A stretch of DNA of 64,000 nt from Octopus vulgaris (GCA_951406725.2 OX597817.1:100130001-100194000); one strand, 5' to 3'. Counted from the stretch's first letter, positions 1 through 12,437 are shown. Made by a program: numbers and translations. Notes: generated by a model from the sequence alone, not told the origin.

Positions 1-534
1 CAACTAGAACCTTGGTCTTTGCTAAGTTAACTGAAAGGCTCTTTGATTCTAGGTTATGTTTCCATGCCTGAAATTTATTATGGCCCAACAATTTGATACC
101 TCTGTAATTACCTCTCTCTAATGCATGTCTGTTATCCTAGTAACAATTAACAATAATGCTGCTAGGCCATATCCTATTCCACCAGATATTTTAAGCATTT
201 CAGCTGTGATTCCTGAGGGACAAGGGACTTCTCCAGCCTTCATATTCTTAATTGCTTTATCATACTACTTGCCAACTAGGATAACTGGTCCATGTTAGGG
301 AGACACTCTCCAATGCATTTTCTACATTTATTAGCCTTTCAAGGTAGTACTTCAATGCCTTTTTCTTTTCAGAATCAATAAGTTCAAGTGTACCATTATC
401 CATCTGCACACACTTATCACCTAAAAAACATCTCAATTCTCTGTGAAACAGTGTTTACAAGCCCCATGCCACTGACCTTCATACTGTAGAACATTGGGAA
501 ACCTTTGTCTTTTTACTTCTTCCCTTGCTAAATA
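1..534 (-). mobile_element. Decayed RTE-clade LINE fragment (start of RT region), in a NAMPT intron
   Basis: Minus-strand translation gives ...PSGITAEMLKISGGIGY... and ...GNYRGIKLL..., typical RTE ORF motifs; multiple stops and frameshifts. Confidence 0.7.
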
Positions 535-536
535 TA

Positions 537-1796
537 CAGGGGTTGGACAAAATAATGGAAACACCTTAAAATTTCAAACAAATTTATTTTAATATGGTGT
601 AGGACCACCTTTGGTAGTAATTACAGCTTGAATTCTGAGGTATGAACTCATACAAAGTTTGAATTGTTTCCAAACGAATTTTTGTCCATTCTTCAGCTAA
701 AACAGTCTCCAGTTCTTGTAGTGATGATGGTGGAGGATATTGATTCCTTACTTATTTTTCTAAAATGCACCATAAATGTTCAATAATATTGAGATCTGAG
801 GACTGTGGTGGCCAGATAAGATGTTCAACTTCACTAGAATGTTCCTCATGCCATTCGTAACAACTTTAGCTGTGTGAATTGGTGCATTATCATCATGAAA
901 GATTGCGTCTCTCCGAAAACAGTTCCGCAACCATAAGATGAATTTAATCAGATAAAATGCTTAAATAGCCTTCATTATTAATTCTGCCATGAAGGGAAAC
1001 CATTGGGCTAGCGGATTTCCAAGATATAGCCTCCCAGATCATCACAGATCCTCCTTCATGTTTAACAGTAGGAAAAAGGCAGTCTGGGTCAAAAGCTTCT
1101 TTTGGCTGTCTCCACATGTATACTCAGCTGGTGGTCAGAAATAAGGTAAAAGATGACTCGCCTGAGAAAATAATATTCTTCCACTTCTTTAGGGACCAAT
1201 TCTGTAGGTTTTTACTCAACTCTAAATGCTTTGCAACTACTTGTTTTTGAAAGTAGTGGCTTTCTGATTGCAGCCCTCCTGTGAAATCCAGCTTTGTGCA
1301 GCTCCTGGCAAACAGTTTTTGTGGAAACTGGGTTCCTGAGGTGGTCATTAAGCTCTGCAGTAATTTTGGGAGCTGTACTTTTGTGATCCTTTCTAACAAT
1401 TCGCGTAAAAGTCCAACAATCCCTATCTGAAAGTTTTGGTTTTCTTCCGGAGTTTTGTTTTGATGAGGACGTTTTTCCCTCTTTCTCAAAGGCTGTCATT
1501 ACTTTCGAGACAGTACTTCTTGATACACCAAACATTTCAGCTGTTTTCATTACACTAGCACCAACCATACGAGCACAAACAATTTGACCTCTTTGAAAGT
1601 CCAAGAGATCTGTCATTTTAATGAATTTTAATTACCTTTTTCTTGTTATACTGAAAACAAACAGCAATTTTAGCAAAACATATTAAGTAACACTAATAAT
1701 AAATCAAAAAACATAAAAATAAAGAAGCTTTTGATGGTTTTATAGATATTTCAAAATTATTATGCTAGGTGTTTCCATTATTTTGTCCAACCCCTA
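537..1796 (-). mobile_element. Tc1-family DNA transposon, full length (~1.26 kb), inactive
   Basis: ~30 bp TIRs (CAGGGGTTGGACAAAATAATGGAAACACCT at 537; reverse complement ending 1796 with one terminal mismatch); TA on both sides (535-536, 1797-1798); transposase inside. Confidence 0.95.
589..1616 (-). pseudogene. Frameshifted Tc1 transposase
   Basis: MTDLLDFQRGQIVCARMVGASVMKTAEMFGVSRSTVSKV (HTH), GRKPKL, WKNIIFSGESSF (degenerate first catalytic D motif), C-terminal KGGPTPY*; split over several frames. Confidence 0.9.
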
Positions 1797-2069
1797 TACC
1801 TATGTTGTGGAGTGAATTGACACCCCCATATGTAACTGTCAGTGGACTGGACAAGTCTTATAAATTGATGAGCCAGTAGACAGTTGAGGTCATACTGTGA
1901 GAATGTTAGTCTCATTATTGATTCTGCATTGGAATATTGAATTGTTATTATGTGAATGGTTATAAGATAACTAACTCTTGTTACATTGCTTATTGATATA
2001 CGGTTATATTTGACACTGTGATATATTGTTGCACACACACATCATATATCATCACGGATGATATAACAA

Positions 2070-2400
2070 CCTGACTCTCTGCTTCTTTTCTAGTTGCTTG
2101 GTATAATTAGCTGCAACTCTCATTTTTTCAATCCTTCCAAGCTTGTCTCTTCACTTTCATGGCTCTGTCTACTTTGCTGTTCCACCACCACATTACTCTT
2201 TATCTGGCTGGATTGCACCAACCTTAGATTTAGTTCATCGCTCTCAATAGGTTATCCCTGTGGAATTTCCAGTGGTCTTCTACATTATACCTCAATATCT
2301 CCCCCTTTCCATCAAATATAAAGTCACAAGCCACTAATGTAAATTGGGTGTAGTCTTCATCCGAGAAGACATCTGAATTTTACAAGCATCTATCTATCAT
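2070..2400 (-). mobile_element. Decayed RTE LINE fragment, probably upstream part of the 1-534 element
   Basis: Minus strand reads RVMWWWNSKVDRAMKVKRQAWKD, the RTE WWWN motif between endonuclease and RT. Confidence 0.65.
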
Positions 2401-2589
2401 GTTTTCTAGTCATTTTTCATCAAGCTAATCTGCAAGAGGTTTTTATAAAATCAATCCATTTGTTTATCAGTCCATTCTGATTGACAAGTGTGTGCAAAGA
2501 TAAGTGTTGTTTTCAACACAAGTCTAATCTTAAGAAATTTCACTTAACCTGAACAGTTTTACATTTCTGGTATCTAACTTGTATTCATC

Positions 2590-2945
2590 TTTTATCTTCT
2601 GCTTCTTGCAGTCTTTGGATAGTGACCAAGCTGAGGCACTACTTTGAAGGGCTTAGTTGAACAAATTGAGCCTGGTATTTATTCTATCATTCTCTTTTTG
2701 TTGAACTGCTAAATCATGGATGTCAAGTGGTGGTGAGGATAAATAAACTCAGACACATGCATAGATATATACATCTGTTTGTTTCTTTGACAGGCTTCTT
2801 TCAGGTTCCGTCTACCAAATCCATTCACAAGGCTTTGGTCAGCCTGAGGCTGTAGTAGAAGACACTTTCCCAAAGTGTCATGCAGTGGGTCTGAACCCGC
2901 AACTACATGATTGGGAAGCGAGCTTCTTAACCACACAAACGCACC
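2590..2945 (-). mobile_element. tRNA-derived octopus-type SINE
   Basis: Reverse complement of the recurring SINE (…GTGGTTAAGAAGCTCGCTTCCCAATCATGTAGTTGCGGGTTCAGACCC…) seen intact at 41600. Confidence 0.8.
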
Positions 2946-3540
2946 TACATAGATTTATTTTAATGATTTATCAACATAAATAAAACTTCTTGAAATATGT
3001 GAGATACAGTGAAGCTAATTAGTTAATTACATGTGTATGCATGTATACATATAGTGTTAACAATAGTAGTTCAGACTTCATTGAACAAAACCCTAGTAGA
3101 TTGAAATTCTAATCCTTCAATTATTAGATGTATGCTTTCTAGCCAAGTTATATATTTTCATGAATATTTCGAAATGTAATTAATTAACCTTTATTCTAGC
3201 ACCTTGTATATAGGATTGCAGTTGGCTGAATTTTAAAGAGTTAAACTGAGGTTGGAGGATTAATAGCTTATGTCTCATTTCTGGTTCTTCATTCCTAGAC
3301 ACCCATTTCTCTGTTTCCCCATCCTCTCAAATTTTCTTAGGTTGGCGTCTTATTTCCAAAGAGATGTTAAAATATGCAAGGACTATCTGGTGCCTAATCA
3401 TCTAGCAATTTCCATGGATTTAAGTCAAAACAAAAGTATTTAAAACCCTTTAATGACAATCATATTTAATTATTTATTGTACATTATATTTTATTTCACA
3501 GTTGTTTCCTTATTTAAGAGGCATTGTGTTCTACTTGTAG

Positions 3541-3769
3541 TACAATAACAACATGGGGAAAAGATGGAGAAGTGAATGGCTTTCGGAATATGCTGGAAAA
3601 GTTTCCCAATGGTATAGTTGCTTGTGTTAGTGACAGCTATGATATTTGGAATGCTTGTGAAAATTTATGGGGTGAAGAGCTGCGAGATTTAGTAATAGAA
3701 CGAGGTAAGAGAAATGGAAAACTTGTAATTCGACCAGATTCTGGTGACCCAGTAGCTGTTGTTTTAAAG
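3541..3769 (+). CDS. NAMPT: Nicotinamide phosphoribosyltransferase, internal exon
   Basis: AG acceptor 3539-3540, GT donor 3770; encodes (S)TITTWGKDGE…ACVSDSYDIWNACENLWGEELR…LVIRPDSGDPVAVVLK with the NAMPT VSDSYD and IRPDSGDP motifs. Confidence 0.96.
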
Positions 3770-4374
3770 GTATGATTCTAAATTTATTATTTTCTAAATC
3801 CTGTTTGATATATTGTTATTTTTATAAGTTACACTTTAATGGATATCTCTAATTATAAGCAGTGAATCTATTTTATTTATCAAACTGACACAGAATATAT
3901 TAATATTTATCCTTTATGCACATATATTTACATATGCACACATTTGTATAATTTTATTATCACTCAATTCTTTGCATGATAGTTTGAGTTGAAGTTAAAC
4001 AATAATATCTGAAGATTACTCTGTAGTATGAATTTATAACATTGAATTTTATACCTGTATAAAATTCATTTGCACCAAAGTCATATCCTCTTGATCTCAT
4101 TTAGCCAATTTGATTTCATAATCTGTTTGAAAATACCATTATTATTGACATTCTTCCAATTTACTGAAATTACATTGGTAATTAGAAAGAACCTGACAGG
4201 AATGTAGATGAAAGTAGAAAAATATAGTGATGGCTGTATGTGGCCAATATCATGTCATTTGTTAAATACCATCATATAACATGAAGCTTACATGTAAAAC
4301 TATATAATTTGAGAAAGAACATATTTTTTTATATTTAATATTGGTACATTAAAAAAAAAGGTTTTCTTTAACAG

Positions 4375-4635
4375 GTTCTCAATATTTTGGGGAGTAAATT
4401 TGGTACTGTGACAAACAAAAAAGGCTTCAAAGAACTTCCGCCATATCTGAGAATTATTCAGGGTGATGGTATTTGCTATGAGATGCTTGATAAAATCTTA
4501 GGAGCAATGAAACAAGAAGGTTGGAGTGCAAATAATCTGGCATTTGGTAGTGGTGGTGCCCTTTTACAGAAACTTGATAGAGACACACAGAAATGTGCTT
4601 TCAAATGTAGTTCTATGACAAATGAAAATGGATTG
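4375..4635 (+). CDS. NAMPT: Nicotinamide phosphoribosyltransferase, internal exon
   Basis: CAG acceptor, GTAAG donor, 261 nt phase 0; VLNILGSKFG…KGFKELPPYLRIIQGDG…NLAFGSGGALLQKLDRDTQKCAFKCS. Confidence 0.97.
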
Positions 4636-4887
4636 GTAAGTAATACTTATTATCTACAGTAAGCTATTATTTTAATTTGCTTTTTTTTTTATTTGCAGAT
4701 GTATTTCACACACCATATTAAAGGTTCTGTAATTAACAATGTTCTAAATGTACATTACAATTTCATATCCAGTTTTCTAATTCTTTATTTCATCTTTTTA
4801 TTTAGAGGTATTAGTTGCAGTTCTCATTTTGAACTGCTATATTTGCAAAAAGTGTGTGTTTTCTCTCTGTATAAATACAAGGTTTTA

Positions 4888-5200
4888 TCATCATCACCAT
4901 CATCATTATCATTTAATGCTCATTTTCTTTGCTAGCAAGGGTTGGATGGTTTGACAAGAGCTGGCAGACCAGAAGATTTCACTATCTGTTTTGGCATGGT
5001 TATTATGGCTGGATGCCCTTCTTAACACCAACCACCAGACAGTGGACTGAGTGCTTTTATGCAATACCAGCACTGGCAAGGTCTGTTTTGGCGTGGTTTT
5101 TACAGCTGGTTGCCTTTCCAAATGCCAACCACTTTACAGTGTTAACTGGATGCTTTTTACATGGCATCAGCACTGGCAGGGACACCAAATAACTCACAAG
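4888..5200 (-). mobile_element. Old RTE 3' tail or RTE-tailed SINE
   Basis: (CAT)n tail followed by GCTAGCAAGGGTTGGATGG and GGCTGGATGCCCTTCTTAA, matching the tail at 11846 and 15417. Confidence 0.7.
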
Positions 5201-5741
5201 ACAAAGATCCTTTGAGAGTGGGGACATTGGAGGAGGTGGCTTTGTGTCAGGTGATGATAGGTTAGGGTGTGATAGAAGGGCAGAAACAGGTATCTTGCTG
5301 CAGAGGAAATACATGGTTATCCAGTCAGAGAGAGAGAGAGAGAGAGAGTGATTAAGAATGAGAGAGAGAGAGATGGTGGTAAAATGTGAGGGCATACCCT
5401 TGAGGTATGGGGATCAGAATATAAATGGACTGGCAAAGGTGCATGAGTAGGGAGTATGAACTTCACATGAATGCAAAGAACAGGGTGGGGATTGCAGCGA
5501 CTGGTGGAACCTAGGTATATAGAGGAGGTGAGGGACAACAGGATAGTAATGAGCAAAGCAGTGAGGACAGGATTGAGGAGAAAGAGATACGCATAAGAAT
5601 AGTGCATGAAAGAGAGAAAATGTGAAGAAAGGAGATATAGTTTGGTTTGTTAGTGTAGGGTGTGTGAAAAAATTTTAAGTGTTTGGAAATCACTCTAATT
5701 AGGAATTACAAGATGACTTCATTTTTTAATTTTTTATATAG

Positions 5742-5885
<144 letters not shown>

Positions 5886-6674
5886 TAAGAAGTTGTTTAT
5901 CTCAGAAAAAAAATTTCCTTTAATGTATAAACTATCTTATTGTGGAAAATATGTTAGAGGCTATATTTCAATGAGATAACTGAAGTGCTGTCATTTTGTT
6001 GTGCCCTATTTGTAAGGCCTGTTTCTAAGTTATTGAGGGTAATGTGTCAAAGACAAAGCAATTTTATAACTTTATTTAGATAAAGTTACTTGAAGACATG
6101 GAAGTCAAATAGCTTATAATGACACCTAGACTTGCATAGGTACATAACTGAAAAAGATGAAAACAACATGGTAAAATATTTTATGGTTTAATGAAAAGTT
6201 ATGAAGGCACTATTTTCTCTCCACTTCACTTTCTCTGAAAATGGCCAATTAAAGCTCCTATACACAGTTGACTCATTTGTTTATAATTTGTCACTCGAAC
6301 CTACATTCCAGCTCTCAGTACTATTAACTGCTGAACAAGGTTACAGCCCTAAACATAATAGTTTAGATTAAAAACTAATTAATAGTTCTGTAACTTGTTC
6401 ACCATTTTCTTCAATGATTTTCCTCACAAATAATCTGAAGACTGCTTCATGTAAAAGTAAAATAGCTCCAAGTGAGGTTGTGGTAATGCAGGACTAACTG
6501 CACTGAAATTAGTTTAAACATATTTCATTAATTGTGCCATGATTCTACCTAGTTGTAGCAGTTGAAATAAATGTTTATATTTGCAAAAATTTCCCAGCTG
6601 TACAAGAAGGGTAATTAAAGGAATGATACATGTACTGCATTGCTATAATTATCCTTTTTTTAATTTTTCTTCAG

Positions 6675-6773
6675 GATCTCTTGGATGTTGTATATGAAAA
6701 TGGAAAGCTATTAAAATATTATACTTTTGATGATGTACGGAAGCAAGCAGAAATTGAGAAATTACAAACTTAA
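6675..6773 (+). CDS. NAMPT: Nicotinamide phosphoribosyltransferase, last coding exon
   Basis: TTTTCTTCAG acceptor; DLLDVVYENGKLLKYYTFDDVRKQAEIEKLQT* matches the NAMPT C-terminus; TAA at 6771-6773. Confidence 0.95.
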   Translation, partial: DLLDVVYENGKLLKYYTFDDVRKQAEIEKLQT

Positions 6774-7532
6774 TTAGTTTGTGTCAAATGATACTGACAA
6801 GCATATTAAAAGAAAGTGATAAAATCAAAAGGTGCATTTTTGAAATTTATTTACATAAAAATGACTCTTTTTACAAATAAAGAATTTTTGTTTAAATAGG
6901 CAAAATTCTTTCATTAAAATAATTTTTACAGATTTAAAAAAATATATAATATGTTAGTTATTTTTATTATTTATTCTTTCTAAAAATAATGATAAAGTTT
7001 GCCTTTTAGTTTCCACCTTAAAAATAACGGTATGGGAAGTTGGTGTCAGTAAATTTGTCTGTTAAAGACTACTATACAATCACTATCACAAATTTCCTAA
7101 TTAAATATCATTTATTGTATATAGAAAACAAATTACATAACTTGTAGCTATATTGGACCTATATGTTTCACCACCATATGTCTTAAATGAAAATACATGA
7201 CTACTTGTCACAACCTTACAGATATCGGAGTGATGTAAATAAACACTTTTGAGAAATTTCATACATTGATAAATACTTTAGCTCTTGTCTGCAAGGAAAA
7301 GTAAATACTTAAAATATTTAGAAAACAAATAAAATTGGTGGGAGAGAATTTAAAGGAATCTAAGTTTTGGTCCTAGATCATTTGAAACAATTATATATTT
7401 AGTTTGTGTCAAATGATACTACTAAGCAGTGATAAACCCAAAAGGTTCATTTTTGAAATTTATTTACACAAAATGACTCTTATAAATAAAGAATTTTATT
7501 AAATTTATGGAAGCAAAATCCTTTCATTAAAA
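6774..7532. repeat. Diverged direct duplication of ~140 bp 3' UTR segment (6774-6919 and 7399-7532) carrying poly(A) signals
   Basis: Both copies begin TTAGTTTGTGTCAAATGATACT, share TTTTTGAAATTTATTTACA and AAATAAAGAATTTT, and end CTTTCATTAAAA; AATAAA at 6876 and 7485. Confidence 0.85.
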
Positions 7533-7769
7533 CAAGTGTTTATTTACTCCACTCCAACAAAACTAATCCATTTATATAAAGCTTACTTTATGTTAAAGAA
7601 TTGTTTCATTTTTTACATATTTTCTCTAATTTAAGTACCATTCAAACATCCTTCATTTCAGTCAATTGTTTTCATCAGAAAATTATATTTATGAAATTCT
7701 TTCAAGCCATTCCAACTTCAATGTTCATATGAATCGAAGACTCTTAAATAAAATATATGGTTTTCAAAG

Positions 7770-7895
7770 CTAAACATCTTCTAGTTCTTGTAGCAACTGG
7801 ATGTTAAGGGCATCAAGATTTAATGTCCCTTCATGTATTGTGTTTTCCTCATTACCATCAGCCTCAACCTCAGGTTCTTGGTCAAGCTCATTAAT
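7770..7895 (-). CDS. Last coding exon of an unidentified gene convergent with NAMPT
   Basis: Minus-strand TTTCAG acceptor, 126 nt: INELDQEPEVEADGNEENTIHEGTLNLDALNIQLLQELEDV*; phase 0 matches exon 10618-10799. Confidence 0.8.
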   Translation of the reverse strand: MNELDQEPEVEADGNEENTIHEGTLNLDALNIQLLQELEDV

Positions 7896-8057
7896 CTGAA
7901 ATATTAATTTATGAAGAGATTAGTGAAGTCAAACTAGCTTCTTTTTGGTTGCTGATAGTGTCATTCTGTATTTAGTACACAAATAACTTATGATTTCTAG
8001 CAGTGGCCAAATTTTTCATTTACAGGAACTGGAAAAGGTGAAGCATTAGTGTTAATA

Positions 8058-8409
8058 CAAGATGGTATCAAAAAGTTCCTGAACTAGTTATGATTGATAA
8101 AAAATAACTTATATTTACCTAATATTACCTAATACTTATATTTACATCATCTCCTTCAAAATAGTCATATTGTGCTAAAATACCAGTCACAGCATTCCCA
8201 CCACTTTTGGAATCCAGCTTGGGTGTCGTTTTCTGCAAGTCAATTGCAGACAACAGCATACACATGATCACAAATTTCACAACTTGTGAAGTAAACACAG
8301 CGATATCACTTGGTACACTGCCTCATGAAGGTCACTGCGCATGCAACTATGTGCTGCCATCTGTTGATGTGCTACAGAGCTAGTCTAGGAACTTTTTGAT
8401 ACCACCTCA
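8058..8409. mobile_element. Mariner-type MITE (~350 bp)
   Basis: TIRs CAAGATGGTATCAAAAAGTTCCT / AGGAACTTTTTGATACCACCTCA with flanking TA. Confidence 0.8.
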
Positions 8410-9580
8410 TAAATTTTCTAATATCATATAATTGATGGTGGTAAAATAATAAAAAAGTTGCTTATCAACTTTCTTTTTCAATTTACAAAACAAAAAAAAA
8501 AGTTGTTTCAAGAAGTGAATTGAAATGCACTTGTTGCAGTAATAAAGGTCAATAAGAAAGTATCAGATAGTTTGAGGAAATTAGAAATTCCTGCTGTTAA
8601 GGAAATAATGAACATGCTGAGCAATACATTGGTAACTACTCCAGAATACATGATGGTTATGGATACAGATTTATAGATGAAACATTAACAACATGAACTT
8701 TACGAAAGCAACCAGCTACTTGAGCACCTACAAATCAGTTAATTATACAAGCCAGATATACTTAACTCTCATCAGGAAATGGAACAGCTACTGGGTTGTG
8801 AATATTGACTTTTCCCATAGTGATGAATGTACCACTCACCCTAGATTAGTGGCTGATAGAGATAAAAGACAATCTAGAGAAAGAATGTACCTGGAAACTG
8901 AAATATCTTTCTGTAAATATACATTCAGAGAAGTTTTAGGAGATTTATATGATAAAGAGGAAATAGATGCCTAAATATAGAGGACAACACTGATGAAGAT
9001 AATCTAGTTTGAAGAGTGGAGTTACGGGGATACTTAAATGATAAAGTTTACAGTAAAGAACTGCCAACCATTGACAAACTGAGGACAACCCTTTAATGAA
9101 AGCACACACAAATATAGACTGAAATGTTTCTTGATGTTTGCGATTCCACTGCTTCTCATTATCAGAAGTGCCGGGACCAGAATGTCACCAGTTCGAAAAC
9201 AAGTATTAATAAAAAAAAAATGAAATTTTATCTGTAGATTCTACTGAGTTGAAAATGAAAATGAAATGTATTTTAATACTGACTTAATAATCATTCAATG
9301 TGTGTACTCATTCTTTGAGACACACTATATATTAAAGTATTTAGTTATGCACTTACATTCCAAATACAAACCTTGCAGAATGATTGTCATTTCAATTGGA
9401 GTTACTAATTATCTACACTAGTAATTATAATATTGTCTACAATTATCTTCATGTCAGTTGACCTCATAAAGCAACAGCTATTGTATTTCATTTTATCTCA
9501 ATTATTATTGTTGATTCAATTATCTATACACCTTCCTATAAACTTTTGGCTTTGTCCTAATACTTGAAATTATTATTATT

Positions 9581-9785
9581 GATGCTGGTAGAATTGTCAG
9601 CATACTGGGCAAAATGCTTAGAGGCATTTCATCTGCCTTTATGTTCTGAGTTCAAATTCCGCTGAGGTCGACTTTGCTTTTCATCCTTTTGGGGGTTGAT
9701 AAAATAAGTATCAATTGAGGACTGGGGTTGATGTAATCAACTTCCCTTCCCTGAACTTGTTGGCCATGAACCAAAATTTGAAAAA
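9581..9785 (+). mobile_element. tRNA-derived SINE, second family
   Basis: A-box-like TGGTAGAATTG, B-box GAGTTCAAATTCC, then GAGGTCGACTTTGCTTTTCATCC core and GATAAAATAAGTA. Confidence 0.75.
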
Positions 9786-10617
9786 AATCATCATTACTGG
9801 TAATGTGTTTTGATAAAACTGAGTTCATAATGCTGGTTCTTAATTGTTATAACTTCAAAAGCTATTGTTTCTAGAAAAAGTGCAACCTTTCATTTTCTTC
9901 TGTGATTAATGTCTTAGTAAATAAATATGGAAACACATTCCTTTGGTAATTAGAAACAACAGTCACAAATTTTAAAAGAATTAAATTGTTTACTTCATTT
10001 TATTTCAAACTTTATGAACTACTTCTTCATACTGAAGAGGATAAAAAACAGAAACTAGGACAAGGTTTTCAGACATAACTGCAAACTGCTTGATAGTTTA
10101 TCAATTAGGAAGTGAGATATCAGCATCAATATTTTCTGCTATCATTGGTTAGCTATATAATGAAGGTGATAAGCTCTTAGAGGCTCTGGACCTAGGTGCT
10201 TGATCATAGTTAATACCCTTTGGAAATATTCAAAGATATGAACATTACAACCCTCCTTCTCTTTTTCAGAAATCAATATAACTGATCACTTGTTAATGGA
10301 CACATCAGATTTGTGTGTGGAATAAAATATATTTTTATACCAATATTACCTCTCTGTATATAACACACTAGTATGATCATACCAGTCAGCTGCCTAAAAG
10401 GCACTAGATCACTTCACTTACGATAATAGAGAATTTACACACATCTGTTCCATTAACAATTATAACAATATCAATAATGAATCAATTTTAGAATTTAAAA
10501 AAAGCTGCTGGTGATATTTTTACAATTGATTAAAAGTCATAGACTTCATATCCAATTAAGATGATCTTCCTTCATTATAATATATCTTGAACTTATAAAA
10601 TAAATATTTGTTTTTAC

Positions 10618-10799
10618 CTGAAGTAAATTTGTTTCAAATGTCTCTGCACAGTAGATATCAGGTTTAGAAGTGTTTAATTCAGCACAAATCTTTCCATTTG
10701 GCAGCACTAACACAAGAATTTTCGAGAAAGCATTTACAAGAGATCGTTGATAACAGATTTTCCGTGCTTTGTGATATACTGTGAGTTTTTGTAAAGGAT
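10618..10799 (-). CDS. Penultimate coding exon of the unidentified minus-strand gene
   Basis: TTTCTCTGCAG acceptor, CAG|GTAAAA donor, 182 nt open: (D)PLQKLTVYHKARKICYQRSLVNAFSKILVLVLPNGKICAELNTSKPDIYCAETFETNLLQ. Confidence 0.8.
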
Positions 10800-11845
10800 C
10801 TGCAGAGAAACAAGATTTTAAAAAATTTAGTGCATGGACTAAAATACAGAAAGAAGAATTACAAAGAAAAACTGATATTTAAACAAACTACCCAACTAAT
10901 AGAAAGTTGTAAAAATATATTTAATATAATCTTTGATACCATCATTATAATATTATAAATATATCATATAGTAACAGTAATTAAGTTATTTGATGTAAGA
11001 ACACTGACTGCCGACAAAATATTTCATACTAATAAAATAAACAAACATCATGACCTTTTCATTAATTAACCCATTTTCCTAATCTTGGGTGAATTGAACT
11101 GAACATTTAGAAATTTCAAGTCAATCTTACAAGGTTTTACCATACCCATTATTCAACTCTACTTAACCTATTACTTTAAATTTAGTCTTACCATCACATT
11201 TATATTTAAAATCCTCTTACCCATTTTATTTCTAAATCCACTTAACAAGCATCACACACACAATACAACCTTTTATACACACAAATGAGAAATACAAAGA
11301 TCTCCCAATTTAACTTTGTTGTCTTCTCTATAAAGATCTACTCCAGTTTATGGAGAATCACAACAGTGTGTATCATTCTTCCTAGATATGGGCAATCATT
11401 TTAAGCTCACTAACCTCAAGTCTATCCTCCTCTCATTTCCAACAGCCCAAGTGATAGAAATCCTTAGTAACCACCTTCAATTTCTTCTTACTTTTTTTAT
11501 TTATTTTCATAGAAATAGATCTATCAAAATTCTGCTCTTCTACATCACACACCGTCTTCTCTCTTTTTGAATTATAGTAAAAGTAATGTTGCCTTAAAAA
11601 TTTACAAAGCTTTAAATTGTGTTTGGCCTGAGAACCTACTAAGGTCCTTCATTACAGGTACATCATCTATCTCATCTCTAGTGTAAGAAATTTCCTGTCA
11701 TACTGCTCCATTACAAATTAACAAAGTTCTCTGTTAATGCCATACCTCATGATTTTCAGTATGTTTCTACACTCTTCTGTACAGTACTAATTTACTAAGC
11801 TTTACTTCTAATTATGTATGCATATATATATATGTATATATATAT

Positions 11846-12400
11846 ATCATCATCATCATTTAGTGTCCGCTTTCCATGCTAGCATGGGTTGGACGGTTCA
11901 ACTGGGGTCTGTGAAGCCAGAAGGCTGCATCAGGCCCAGTCTGATCTGGCAGTGTTTCTACGGCTGGATGCCCTTCCTAACGCCAACCACTCCGTGAGTG
12001 TAGTGGGTGCTTTTTATGTGCCACCTGCACAGGTGCCAGACGGAGCTGGCAAACAGCCATGGACGGATGGTGCTTTTTACGTGCCACCGGCATGGGGGCC
12101 AGGCGAGGCTGGCAACAGCCACGATCAGATGGTGCTTTTACGTGCCACCGCCACGGGGGCCAGGCAAGGCTGGCAACGGCCACGAACGGATGGTGCTACG
12201 TGCCACCGGCATGGGGGCCAGGCGAGGCTGGCAACGGCCACGAACGGATGGTGCTTTTTATGTGCCACCGGCACGGAGGCCAGTCGGGGCGGCGCTGGCA
12301 ACGGCCAGAATCAGATGGTTCACTTACTTGTCACCGGCACTGGTATCACAGCTGCAATTTCCATTGATGTTGATCGACTTCGATTTTGGTTCTGCTTTCT
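11846..12400 (-). mobile_element. RTE LINE 3' UTR copy with ~60 bp tandem array
   Basis: Reverse complement of 15020-15417; (CAT)n tail; about five units of GTGCTTTTTACGTGCCACCGGCATGGGGGCCAGGCGAGGCTGGCAACGGCCACG. Confidence 0.85.
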
Positions 12401-12437
12401 GATTTGATTTGGTTTGATTTTGATTTTGATTTTTATA

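Noticed and set aside
8693-9010. 93-aa ORF and a CTGATGAAG motif suggesting another Penelope/hammerhead remnant
   Set aside because: No convincing GIY-YIG residues, and no proper stem II or GAAA; too degraded to call.
7770-10799. Assigning these exons as the 3' end of the PHF8-like gene (same strand)
   Set aside because: No resemblance to KDM7-family C-termini, no JmjC exons in between, and a scaffold gap separates them.
11889-12407. Overlapping 100-170 aa ORFs with repeated motifs; possible CRISPR-like array
   Set aside because: They are tandem units of the RTE 3' UTR with no unique spacers and no cas genes, in eukaryotic DNA.
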